A DNA stretch of 39,815 bases from Phycisphaerae bacterium (lineage in GTDB: Bacteria > Planctomycetota > Phycisphaerae > SM23-33): NCBI GenBank assembly GCA_046539005.1, contig JBKHHV010000001.1:1-39815 (forward strand), read 5' to 3'. Made by a program: the position numbers and the translations under genes. Shown here one piece after another: positions 25,668 through 34,425 of the stretch. Within the stretch, counting starts at the first letter, position 1. Every line of letters begins with the position of its first letter. A model generated the notes under the pieces. That model did no database searches. It was not told where the DNA came from and saw nothing but the letters and a program-made list of their open reading frames with translations.

Positions 25668-25729
25668 GCCCGGCGTCGAGAGGCGCCGCAGCCGGCCGTG
25701 CAAGGACCGGGGTTTCGTTTCTGTCCGTC

Positions 25730-26473
25730 TCAGCCGGGCAGGTACTCTTCCACAAGATCATTGAGCTGCGTAAGTTCTGTAATCACGTGGCGCGCGTGTG
25801 CTGGCGGTGCCATGTCCCGGTCGGTGGAGGCCTTCCACACCGGTATCATTCCTGCCCGGAACGACCCCTCCACGTCGGCCCGCAGCGAGTCGCCCACGAA
25901 GAAGGTACACCCGGCATCGAGCTTCGCTTCCCGCAGGGCCTTGCGGAAGATCCGGCGGCTGGGCTTGCGGTAGCCGACGTCGCAACTGTAGACCCGCAGC
26001 GGGAAGAACTCCAGCAGGTTCTCTTGGGCGAGGTGACGGTCGAGCACCGAGCCGGGCAGAAACGTGTTGGACACGATTCCAACCGTAAGTCCTTTTTCAA
26101 GTATGGCCTGCATCATATCCCGGGTGCCGGGCTCCACCGTCGCATGCTCTGAGAGTGGCTCGTACCACTTCCACGCCAGCTCCTCGGCCTGCTCCCGGGT
26201 GAGGTCCTGTCCCATCTTGTGGCTGATCTGCGTCATGAGGTCCAGCGAGTTGAACTCCCGTCGGGTGAAATGGCTGATGAAGTAGCTCCAGCGGATCGCC
26301 CAGAACTGGCGGCGATGGAACCTCGCCAGCGACGGAACCGGTTGCCCGATCTCCTTCAGGTAGTCGTGCGCCCGGCGGGCACCGGCCTCGAAGAGCATGT
26401 GGACGTCGACCTTCCCGAAGTTCAGGATGGTGTCGCCCAGATCGAACAGGATGCCTTGCAGACGTCTACTCAT
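25730..26473 (-). CDS. HAD-superfamily hydrolase
   Basis: Motif I ILFDLGDTIL, motif II VGIVSNT, motif IV FFVGDSLRADVEG. I chose the start at ATG 26473 (MSRRLQG). The track ORF extends to 26713. Confidence 0.8.
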   Translation of the reverse strand: MSRRLQGILFDLGDTILNFGKVDVHMLFEAGARRAHDYLKEIGQPVPSLARFHRRQFWAIRWSYFISHFTRREFNSLDLMTQISHKMGQDLTREQAEELAWKWYEPLSEHATVEPGTRDMMQAILEKGLTVGIVSNTFLPGSVLDRHLAQENLLEFFPLRVYSCDVGYRKPSRRIFRKALREAKLDAGCTFFVGDSLRADVEGSFRAGMIPVWKASTDRDMAPPAHARHVITELTQLNDLVEEYLPG

Positions 26474-26818
26474 GGTCTCAGAGAATACCGATTTCAGACC
26501 GGCTTGCCAAGCCACTCCCATTGTGGGGCGACCCCGGACGGCCGTATAAAAACCTCCGACCAGCGCCGCAGCGCCGAAGCCGGAGGTTGCCACGGCTGGA
26601 AAACAGCCGATATCGCACTGCCCGGAGGCGGAATGTTGATTCTTGACCCGGCGTGGCATCCTATTCGTCGGCGAGGGGGGTGTCAATCGGCGAGGCCGGT
26701 TGCTCTTCGCCAAGGGATGCTAACGCTATCGAGCCGCGATTCTTAGCGATATGCAGGAAATCCGGGCCGCTTGGCTGGGGTGCGGGCAGGGAGGCCCTTG
26801 CGGGGGATTCTCCGGCGA

Positions 26819-26847
26819 TTGACACCCGCCGGCGGGGGTGGTATCGT
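26819..26847 (+). promoter_or_regulatory. Candidate sigma70-like promoter TTGACA-N17-TATCGT upstream of the PfkB kinase gene
   Basis: TTGACA at 26819-26824, a 17-nt spacer, and TATCGT at 26842-26847. AGGAG lies 9 nt upstream of the ATG at 26905. Confidence 0.35.
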
Positions 26848-26904
26848 CGGTGTCACGGGCAGGCAAACCGCCGGCGTTTCCCCGCCGCCCCAGGAGCTGC
26901 AACC

Positions 26905-28092
26905 ATGGTCCACACAATCGATTGCGTCGTCGCCGGGCATATCTGCCTGGACGTGACCCCCACCTTCCACACCGGCGGAAAGACCGTCTCGGAGATCTTC
27001 CGCCCCGGCTCACTCGTGCAGATCGGACCGGCGACGGTCTCCACTGGCGGGCCGGTGTCCAACACCGGGTTCCCGCTGCGACGGCTGGGCAATACCGTGC
27101 AACTCATGGGCAAATGCGGCGACGACATGTGGGGGCGGGCGCTGATGGAGGCGATCCGGGACGAGGCCCCCGGCACCGAGGCCGGCATGCAGGTAGTGCC
27201 CGGAGAGCCAACGAGTTACACCGTCGTGGTCAACCCTCCGGGGATCGACCGCATCTTCCTGCACTGCCCCGGCGCCAACGACACCTTCACCGCCGACGAC
27301 ATCGACCGCGACACCGTGAGCCGATCGCGCCTGATGCACTTCGGATACCCGCCGCTGATGGCGAAAACCTACGCCGACGACGGGGCCGAACTGGTGAAGA
27401 TATTCCAGGCCGCCCGAAACGCCGGGGCGACCACGAGCCTGGACATGGCTTACCCCGACCCTTCCGGGCCCGCGGCCGCGGTGGACTGGCGGGGAATCCT
27501 CTCCCGCACGCTTCCGCACGTGGACATCTTCACCCCCAGCGTGGAGGAACTGCTGCTGACCATCGAGCGGGACACGTTCGACGCCCTGGCCGACCAAGCC
27601 GGCGAGCAGGAACTGCTGGGGCTGATTTCCGCCGACGTCCTCCGACGGCTGGGGCAGTGGTGCATCGACGCCGGGGCCGCGGTCGTGCTCATCAAGTGCG
27701 GGTACCTCGGGCTGTACGTGAAGGCGGCCGATGCCGACCGGCTTGCCGCAAGCGGACGCGGCCGCCCGGACGATCTGTCCACCTGGGCCGAGAGGGAACT
27801 GCTGGAGCCCAGTTACCGGGTCGAGCAGATCGTCTCGGCCACCGGTGCCGGGGACTGCGCGATCGCCGGGTTCCTGACATCCTTCCTCAAAGGGCTCTCG
27901 CTGGACGACGCCATGCGAGTCGCCTGCGCGGTGGGCGGGCAGAACCTCTCGGCCCCCGACAGCATCTCCGGGGTGCAAAGCTGGGATGCCACGCTGGAGC
28001 AGATCGCCTCGCGCCCGCCGAAGAACGATGTCCCCATCGACCTGCCCGGCTGGACTTTCGACGAGTTGGCCGACCATTACGCCGCGCCGTAA
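26905..28092 (+). CDS. PfkB-family carbohydrate kinase
   Basis: N-terminus VVAGHICLDVTP and the C-terminal anion-hole motif ATGAGDCAIAGFL. Start chosen at ATG 26905, with an SD. Confidence 0.8.
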   Translation: MVHTIDCVVAGHICLDVTPTFHTGGKTVSEIFRPGSLVQIGPATVSTGGPVSNTGFPLRRLGNTVQLMGKCGDDMWGRALMEAIRDEAPGTEAGMQVVPGEPTSYTVVVNPPGIDRIFLHCPGANDTFTADDIDRDTVSRSRLMHFGYPPLMAKTYADDGAELVKIFQAARNAGATTSLDMAYPDPSGPAAAVDWRGILSRTLPHVDIFTPSVEELLLTIERDTFDALADQAGEQELLGLISADVLRRLGQWCIDAGAAVVLIKCGYLGLYVKAADADRLAASGRGRPDDLSTWAERELLEPSYRVEQIVSATGAGDCAIAGFLTSFLKGLSLDDAMRVACAVGGQNLSAPDSISGVQSWDATLEQIASRPPKNDVPIDLPGWTFDELADHYAAP

Positions 28093-28211
28093 CCTGCGGC
28101 GGCCACATCGGGCGAGGGGCACAATCGGACTGCTGACGAATGACGAACCCGGGCGCTCGACCTCTCTAGAATGCGCATGGTATCCTGCCGTGTTTCCGGG
28201 AGTGTCGGCCC

Positions 28212-28763
28212 ATGGCGTTGCTGCAACTGTGCATTCTGGGCGTGGTGATCGGTTCCAACAACCTCGCCGCTTCTCTTGCGCTGGGAGCGCTGGGGCAAGC
28301 GGGCCGTTGGCGGCGGGTGGCGGTGACCTTCGGCTCCTTCGAGTTCCTGGTGCCGCTGGTGGGGATTCTTCTGGGTCGGCTGCTGAGCGTGCGCCTGGTG
28401 CATTGGGCCCAGTGGTTCAGTGCCGCGCTGCTGGTGGGCGTGGGGGTCGCGACGGTCGTCACGGCCGTCCGCCAGCAGCTTCGCGACGAGCAGTTCGGTC
28501 AGAAACTCGCGACCTGGGGCGGGGTCATAGCCTTGGGGGCCGGTCTGAGCGTGGACAACCTGGTCATCGGCTTCAGTCTCGGGCTTCGCAGGTTCGACCC
28601 GCTGACGCTGGCGATCACGATTGCGGTCTTCTCGGTGGCGTTTTCCATGGTCGGCCTGCGTCTGGGGGACGTCTCCCGGCGCCATTGGGAGCGCCCGGCC
28701 GAGTTGGTTTCCGGCGGGCTGCTGATTGTGCTGGGGGTTGTTCAGGCGGCGGGTTGGCTGTAG
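28212..28763 (+). CDS. mntP: MntP-family putative manganese efflux pump
   Basis: 183 aa with 6 hydrophobic segments. N-terminus GSNNLAASLALG and an internal repeat SVDNLVIGFSLG are typical of the MntP/DUF204 duplication. Confidence 0.8.
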   Translation: MALLQLCILGVVIGSNNLAASLALGALGQAGRWRRVAVTFGSFEFLVPLVGILLGRLLSVRLVHWAQWFSAALLVGVGVATVVTAVRQQLRDEQFGQKLATWGGVIALGAGLSVDNLVIGFSLGLRRFDPLTLAITIAVFSVAFSMVGLRLGDVSRRHWERPAELVSGGLLIVLGVVQAAGWL

Positions 28764-29145
28764 CTACACCGTGGTCTGCCGGCGGCACTTACCCTGTCTG
28801 GTGGAGACAACCTCATCGTGGTTCGGGCGACCGATAGCCCGGACACGGTCGAACTGTGGCTGAACCCCGACCCCCACGGCGGCCGACCCCGGCCAGGCCG
28901 ACTGGAGCGAAAGTGGCATGTACGCTCTGGTGACCGGCAACAGCGGCATTGGCTTCGAGCGATTCTTCATCCACGAAGCATTCAACAACAGCTCCAGCGG
29001 CTCGGACGGCGTGCCGCAGTCGGTGACCGTCGACGAACTCCGCTTCGGCGAAACGTACGCCGACGTGACCCCCGTCCACGAACCGGCGACGATGAGCCTG
29101 CTGGCGCTGGGCGGCCCGGGCGTGCTGCCGAAGCGCAGGCGGTAG
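28764..29145 (+). pseudogene. 5'-truncated, frameshifted remnant of a PEP-CTERM-anchored (LamG-like tail) protein
   Basis: Frame A (28764-28875) reads ...GGDNLIVVRATDSPDTVELWLNPDP. Frame B (+1, from ~28864) reads ...ADPGQADWSESGMYALVTGNSGIGFERFF...VTVDELRFGETYADVTPVHEPATMSLLALGGPGVLPKRRR, then stop. No start or signal peptide is present, because the mntP stop codon immediately precedes frame A. Confidence 0.5.
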
Positions 29146-29530
29146 TTCCCAGCCTGTCGAAAGGATCCGCCGTGGGGCGTGCCCGACGGGCGACTGTTAT
29201 CGCTTCATGAAGCGGGCGGCCTGTACCTCCTCGGGTCGCCCGTTTCGCTATGATTGAGCCGTACCGATGCCGGGCCGCCCGCGCGAGCACAACGAAAACC
29301 CGTTGGTTTATCCGGCTGCCCCGGGGGTCTTCAGCGGAGGGGCGGCTGACTTCGCAGACTTGCCGAATCGCGCATATGCGGGTAGCGGAATAGCACTCTC
29401 CCGGCTATACTGGAGACCTGATCTTACGCGTTCATACATGAATACAGTGCATAGGCAGTAACTCTCCCGGCCGGTCCGTCGAAGGTGTTCCGCGCGGCGG
29501 GTCGAGGGATGTCTCTTTCGTGGTGACGAC

Positions 29531-32002
29531 ATGACCAAGCACGCCTACGGCACCGTCTGGGTGCCCCTCACCGTTGCGCTGACCCTGATGCTTGTCTGCG
29601 CCCTCGTTCCGTCCGCGTCGGCCGCCCGGCAGGATTTCCGCGCCGCCCGCGCCTACAAGGGTTTCTCCGACGAGGCCGTCGAGGAAGCCATCGGCAAGGG
29701 GGTTCGTTGGCTTTGGGAGCACCAGAACGACGACGGCAGTTTCAGCGAGGTCGCCCCTCGCCGCAATCGGGGCGGCATCCGGCTGACCGGGCATTACGCG
29801 GTCGGCAGGACCGCCATCGCCATGTACGCGCTGCTGGAAAGCGGAGCCAGCGTGCAGGACGAGCGGGTCAAGAAGACCCTCAAGTACCTCGAAGAAACCT
29901 GGACCGACCGCACCTACGACATCGCCCTGCGGGCCAACGTGTGGCTGCTGGCGATGCGCGGAGACGACTCCTACCGCAAGCATCTGCAGAAGGACGTGGA
30001 TATCCTCGTCAAGAGCGATCTCAGCGGCAGCTACACCTACCAGTCCCGCTACGCCCTGAAGGACGCCCCGCGCAAGGTCAAGGAACGCTACCAACGCATG
30101 ATCGAGGCCCGCCGCAAACTCCGCAAGCAGAACCCCAACCGTCGGCGACGCTTCCGCCGGGGCGACAACTCCAACGCCCAGTACGGCGTGCTGGGTGTGT
30201 GGGCCGGCGTCCGCGGAAACGTGGAGGTGCCCAGCAAGTACTGGAAGGCCGTCGAAGAGCACTGGTCGGACTGCCAGTCCAAGGACGGCGGCTGGGGGTA
30301 TTCCAGCTACGGCCGCCAGAAGCCCTACCCGGCAATGACCGCCGCCGGGGTGGCGACGCTGTTCGTCTGTGCCGACAACCTGTACTACAACAAGTTCCTT
30401 CGCTGTGATACCGGGCTGGAGATGACCCGCATCAACAACGGGCTCAAGTGGATCGAGAAACATTTCGACGAGTCGATGAAGCCGCCCAAGAAAGGACGCG
30501 GCGGGGTCATGGTCGGAAACGTTCACGGACTCAACAACTACTACCTCTACGGGATCGAGCGGGTCGGGCTCGCCAGCGGATACAAGTATTTCGGCAAGAG
30601 CGACTGGTACAAGGCCGGCGCCAGCTACCTGCTCCGCATGCAGAACAAGAAGGGCTTCTGGCCGGGCGGCTGGGCCGACGGACAGAACCTCGGGGCGACC
30701 GCCTACGCCGTGCTGTTTCTTCTGCGCGGCCGCCAGCCGGTACTCATGAACAAGCTGGAGTACGACTGCGACTGGAACAACCGCCCCCGCGCCGTCGCCA
30801 ACGCCTGTCACTGGATGACCCGCAAGTTCGAGACCGAGATCAACTGGCAGATCATCAACCTCAAGGTGCCGGTTTCGGAATGGCATGACGCGCCGGTGCT
30901 GCTGCTGACCGGCTCGCGCGAGCCGAAGTTCTCCGACAAACAGCTCGACAAGCTCCGCCAGTTCGTCCACGAGGGCGGCACGCTGTATTCCATCACCGAA
31001 TGCAACGGCGAAGGCTTCAGCGAGGGCATCCGCAAGGTCTACCGCAAGCTGTTCCCGGACTACGAACTGACGCCCTGCCCCGACGACCATCCCATCCAGA
31101 ACACCCAGTTCGACCTCCGCGGACGGATCAGGTTCCACGAGATCCACAACGGCGTCCGCCCGCTGGTGGTGCATTCCGACCAGGACCTGCCCTTCGACTG
31201 GCAGCAGTACCGCCACCGGACGAAGACCCATATTTTCGAGGCGGCCGCCAACGTGCCTTTCTACATCTGCGGGAAAGACGGCTTCCGCCCGCGAGGCACC
31301 AGCCCCTGGCCGAAAGAGCAGAAATTCCGCCCGGTTGCGACGGTGAAGATCGCCCGCCTCAAGCACAACGCCCACTACGACCCCGAGCCGCTGGCGTGGG
31401 CTCGCATGGCACGGCTGATGGGCAACCGCCTGCAGGTCAAGCTGGACGTCTCCGAACCCATGGCGATGGGCCAGTTGGGCGAGTCGGAGGCGAAGGTGGC
31501 GGTCCTGAGCGGAACCGGCCGCCTCAAGCTGACCCTTGCCCAGAAGACCGCCCTGCAGAAGTTCCTCTTGGGCGGAGGGACGCTCATCGTCGAGGCGTGC
31601 GGCGGAAACGAAGCGTTCGCCGACTCGGCCGAGAAGGCCATCGCCGGGATGATGCGGGTGCCCTCGCTGATGGACCTGCCCGCCACGCATCCCCTCTACC
31701 GCCGTGAGAAAATGGAGATCGACCAGGTGCGCTACCGACGGGGCAAGGGCAAAGCCATCCGCAAGGACAACCCCGACCTGAAGGTCGCCTACGCCGGCCG
31801 CCGGGCGGCCGTGATCTTCTCCGACAAGGACATGACGGCCGGTCTGCTGGGCATCACCCACGACAACATCGACGGGTACATGCCCGAGGACGCCGTACGC
31901 CTGATGCGGAACATCGTGCTGTACGCCGCCGGATCCGAGCTTGATTCGCCCGACGAAAAGGCCCCCGCCGCCGAGGGAAAGATATTCGGCGACGAATCGT
32001 AA
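29531..32002 (+). CDS. Exported protein with prenyltransferase/squalene-cyclase-like repeats plus two DUF4159-like modules (paralog A)
   Basis: Signal peptide VPLTVALTLMLVCALVPSASAA. Repeats HQNDDGSF, QSKDGGWGY and MQNKKGFWPGGW. Module 1 begins KLEYDCDWNNRPRAVANACHW...WHDAPVLLLTGS...FVHEGGTLY. Module 2 begins ARLKHNAHYDPEPLAW...FLLGGGTLIVEACGG...IFSDKDMTAGLLG...RNIVLYA. Confidence 0.85.
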   Translation: MTKHAYGTVWVPLTVALTLMLVCALVPSASAARQDFRAARAYKGFSDEAVEEAIGKGVRWLWEHQNDDGSFSEVAPRRNRGGIRLTGHYAVGRTAIAMYALLESGASVQDERVKKTLKYLEETWTDRTYDIALRANVWLLAMRGDDSYRKHLQKDVDILVKSDLSGSYTYQSRYALKDAPRKVKERYQRMIEARRKLRKQNPNRRRRFRRGDNSNAQYGVLGVWAGVRGNVEVPSKYWKAVEEHWSDCQSKDGGWGYSSYGRQKPYPAMTAAGVATLFVCADNLYYNKFLRCDTGLEMTRINNGLKWIEKHFDESMKPPKKGRGGVMVGNVHGLNNYYLYGIERVGLASGYKYFGKSDWYKAGASYLLRMQNKKGFWPGGWADGQNLGATAYAVLFLLRGRQPVLMNKLEYDCDWNNRPRAVANACHWMTRKFETEINWQIINLKVPVSEWHDAPVLLLTGSREPKFSDKQLDKLRQFVHEGGTLYSITECNGEGFSEGIRKVYRKLFPDYELTPCPDDHPIQNTQFDLRGRIRFHEIHNGVRPLVVHSDQDLPFDWQQYRHRTKTHIFEAAANVPFYICGKDGFRPRGTSPWPKEQKFRPVATVKIARLKHNAHYDPEPLAWARMARLMGNRLQVKLDVSEPMAMGQLGESEAKVAVLSGTGRLKLTLAQKTALQKFLLGGGTLIVEACGGNEAFADSAEKAIAGMMRVPSLMDLPATHPLYRREKMEIDQVRYRRGKGKAIRKDNPDLKVAYAGRRAAVIFSDKDMTAGLLGITHDNIDGYMPEDAVRLMRNIVLYAAGSELDSPDEKAPAAEGKIFGDES

Positions 32003-32042
32003 TGTGTTCACAATCGCAGCACCCTTTGAGGAAACGCAACCC

Positions 32043-34361
32043 ATGAGCAATCGCAGGAAACCCACCCCGGCATGGACGATTGTGGCTTTGATGGCGGTGT
32101 CGCTGAGCGCGGCCGCGGCAGGAAAGCCCGGCATGCTGCCCGGGAAGAACACCCAAACCCGCGACCGTAAGGACTTCACCGACGCCGACGTCCAGAAGGC
32201 GATCGATCGGGGCGTGAGCTACCTTCTGAAAACCCAACAGGATGACGGCAGTTGGGCCAAGAAGAACACCAACAACTACGCCTACCCCGTCGGACCGACC
32301 GCGATCTGCACCTATGCGCTGCTGGAGGCGGGGGTGAAGCCCACCCACCCCAAGGTGAAGAAGGCGCTGGCGTTCCTCTCCAAGACCGAGACCGAGAACA
32401 CCTACTGCTACGCCTTCCGCGCCAGCGCCTACGCCGCGGCGATGAGGTACGACAGGAACACCTTCCTCCGTCCACTGATGAAAGACGTGTCGGTCATCTG
32501 GCACTCGTTCCACAAAGACACCGGCGGCTACTCCTACTTCTGCAAGGGACGACCCGCACGCGACAAGGAACTGGCGAGCTTCGCCGGCGGCCCGGACCAG
32601 TCCAACTCCCAGTACGCGCTGCTGGGCGTCTGGGCGGGTTCCCGCTGGGGCGTGGAGGTGCCCTCGGGCTTCTGGAAGGTCAGCATGGAATACTGGCTCA
32701 GGACCCAGAATGCCGACGGCGGCTGGGGCTACAGCCCCAAGACGCGGAAGGAGTCCTACATGGCGATGACCCTGGCGGGCCTGGCGAGCCTGTACGTCTG
32801 CGTGGACAACCTCTACGCCAGCCGTTTCCTCGCCTGCCGCGGCAACGCCGAGATTCCCCAGATCTCCAGGGGCCTGGACTGGGTGGAGAAGAACTTCAAG
32901 GAGATGCTCGAACTCAAGCAGTGGTTCTACTACACGCTGTACGGGCTGGAACGCGTCGCCCTGGCGACCGGGTACAAGTACTTCGCCAAACACGACTGGT
33001 ACAAGCTGGGCACCTCCGAACTGCTCTCCCGCCAGGACCGCGACGGCTCGTGGTCCGGCGGTAAATACGGCGGGGGACCCACCGCCCAGACCTCCTATGC
33101 CCTGCTGTTCCTCGTCCGCGGCAGAAGGCCGGTGCTGTTCAACAAACTCGAATTCGAGGGCGACTGGAACAACCGCCCGCGCGACATGGCCAACGTCACC
33201 CGCTGGATGCAGGGGCGTTTCGAGACCGACGTCGCCTGGCAGATCATCAACGCCGACCTGCCCGTTACCGAATGGCACGACGCGCCGATCCTCTACATCT
33301 CCGGCTCCAAAGCCCCCAGATTTACCGACGAGCAGATCGCGCGGCTGCGGACGTTCGTCCTTCAGGGCGGGACGATCTTCAGTTGCACCGAATGTAGCGG
33401 CAAGGGCTTCCGCGAGGGGATCCGCCAGGTCTACGCCAAGATGTTCACCAAGTACGAACTGACCCCCTGCGGGCCCGACCACCCGGTCTACTCGTCCCAG
33501 TACGACCTGAAGGGGCGACCCAAACTGCATGAGATCAGCAACGGCGTTCGGCCGCTGGTGTTCCACACCGACCACGACCTGCCCCGGGCGTGGCAACTCT
33601 TCCGTACCCGCTCGCGAAGCAGCGAGTTCGAGGCGGCCGTCAATATCGCGATGTACGTCAACGGGCGAGGCGAGTTCCGCCGCCGCGGTACCAGTCCCTG
33701 GCCGACAGCCGAGCGATTCGAGCCCGTCGCCACCGTTGCCGTCGCACGGCTGAAGCACAACGCCCAATGGAACCCCGAGCCGCTGGCGTACGAACGCTTC
33801 GCCCGCATGCTGGGCAATCGCTGCAAGGTCAAGCTGAATGTCACCGAGCCGATGGACATCGACGCACTTGCCGACTCCGACGCGAAGGTCGCCGTGATGA
33901 CCGGGCTGGGCACGCTGAAGCTCAGCGAGAAGGAGTCGGCCGCCCTGAAGGCCTTCGTGGCCGGCGGGGGAATGGTCATCGTCGACGCAGCCGGCGGGAA
34001 TGAAACCTTCGGCGACTCGGCCCGCAAACAGCTCTCCGAGACGTTCGGCGAACCGTTCGTGAACCTGCTGGGCAGCGGGGCCGTGCTGGGTCGCAAGGGC
34101 ATGGCCATCACCGACGTCCGCACCCGCCGCATCGGCCGGGCGACCGTCCAGCAGGGCAGCCCGCGACTCAAGACGATCCTGGTCGACTCCCGCCCGGGGG
34201 TGATCTTCTCCGACCGGGACATCACCGCCGGCCTGGTGGGATACCCCTTCGACCACATCGACGGTTACATGCCCGAAGACGCCTACCGCCTGATGCGCAA
34301 CTGCATCCTTACCGCCGCCGGGGTAAGCCCCGACAAGACGGCCGAGCCCGGGCAGGACTGA
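32043..34361 (+). CDS. Exported protein with prenyltransferase/squalene-cyclase-like repeats plus two DUF4159-like modules (paralog B)
   Basis: Start at ATG 32043 (MSNRRKPTPAWTIVALMAVSLSAAAAG), with GAGGAAA 8 nt upstream, 41 nt after the paralog A stop. It is colinear with A throughout: TQQDDGSW, QNADGGWGY, KLEFEGDWNNRPRDMANVTRW, ARLKHNAQWNPEPLAY, IFSDRDITAGLVG. Confidence 0.85.
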   Translation: MSNRRKPTPAWTIVALMAVSLSAAAAGKPGMLPGKNTQTRDRKDFTDADVQKAIDRGVSYLLKTQQDDGSWAKKNTNNYAYPVGPTAICTYALLEAGVKPTHPKVKKALAFLSKTETENTYCYAFRASAYAAAMRYDRNTFLRPLMKDVSVIWHSFHKDTGGYSYFCKGRPARDKELASFAGGPDQSNSQYALLGVWAGSRWGVEVPSGFWKVSMEYWLRTQNADGGWGYSPKTRKESYMAMTLAGLASLYVCVDNLYASRFLACRGNAEIPQISRGLDWVEKNFKEMLELKQWFYYTLYGLERVALATGYKYFAKHDWYKLGTSELLSRQDRDGSWSGGKYGGGPTAQTSYALLFLVRGRRPVLFNKLEFEGDWNNRPRDMANVTRWMQGRFETDVAWQIINADLPVTEWHDAPILYISGSKAPRFTDEQIARLRTFVLQGGTIFSCTECSGKGFREGIRQVYAKMFTKYELTPCGPDHPVYSSQYDLKGRPKLHEISNGVRPLVFHTDHDLPRAWQLFRTRSRSSEFEAAVNIAMYVNGRGEFRRRGTSPWPTAERFEPVATVAVARLKHNAQWNPEPLAYERFARMLGNRCKVKLNVTEPMDIDALADSDAKVAVMTGLGTLKLSEKESAALKAFVAGGGMVIVDAAGGNETFGDSARKQLSETFGEPFVNLLGSGAVLGRKGMAITDVRTRRIGRATVQQGSPRLKTILVDSRPGVIFSDRDITAGLVGYPFDHIDGYMPEDAYRLMRNCILTAAGVSPDKTAEPGQD

Positions 34362-34425
34362 CGCAGACAGACCGGCGATGGATGTTGCCGGGTGAGTGGA
34401 AGCGGTTCGCCGATGGCGGCCGCTC

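Noticed and set aside
28093-28211. yybP-ykoY (Mn2+) riboswitch expected upstream of mntP
   Set aside because: The 119-nt spacer lacks the conserved GGGGAGUAG and UUGACA-type elements. Only GAGGGGCAC and GGGAGTG fragments are present.
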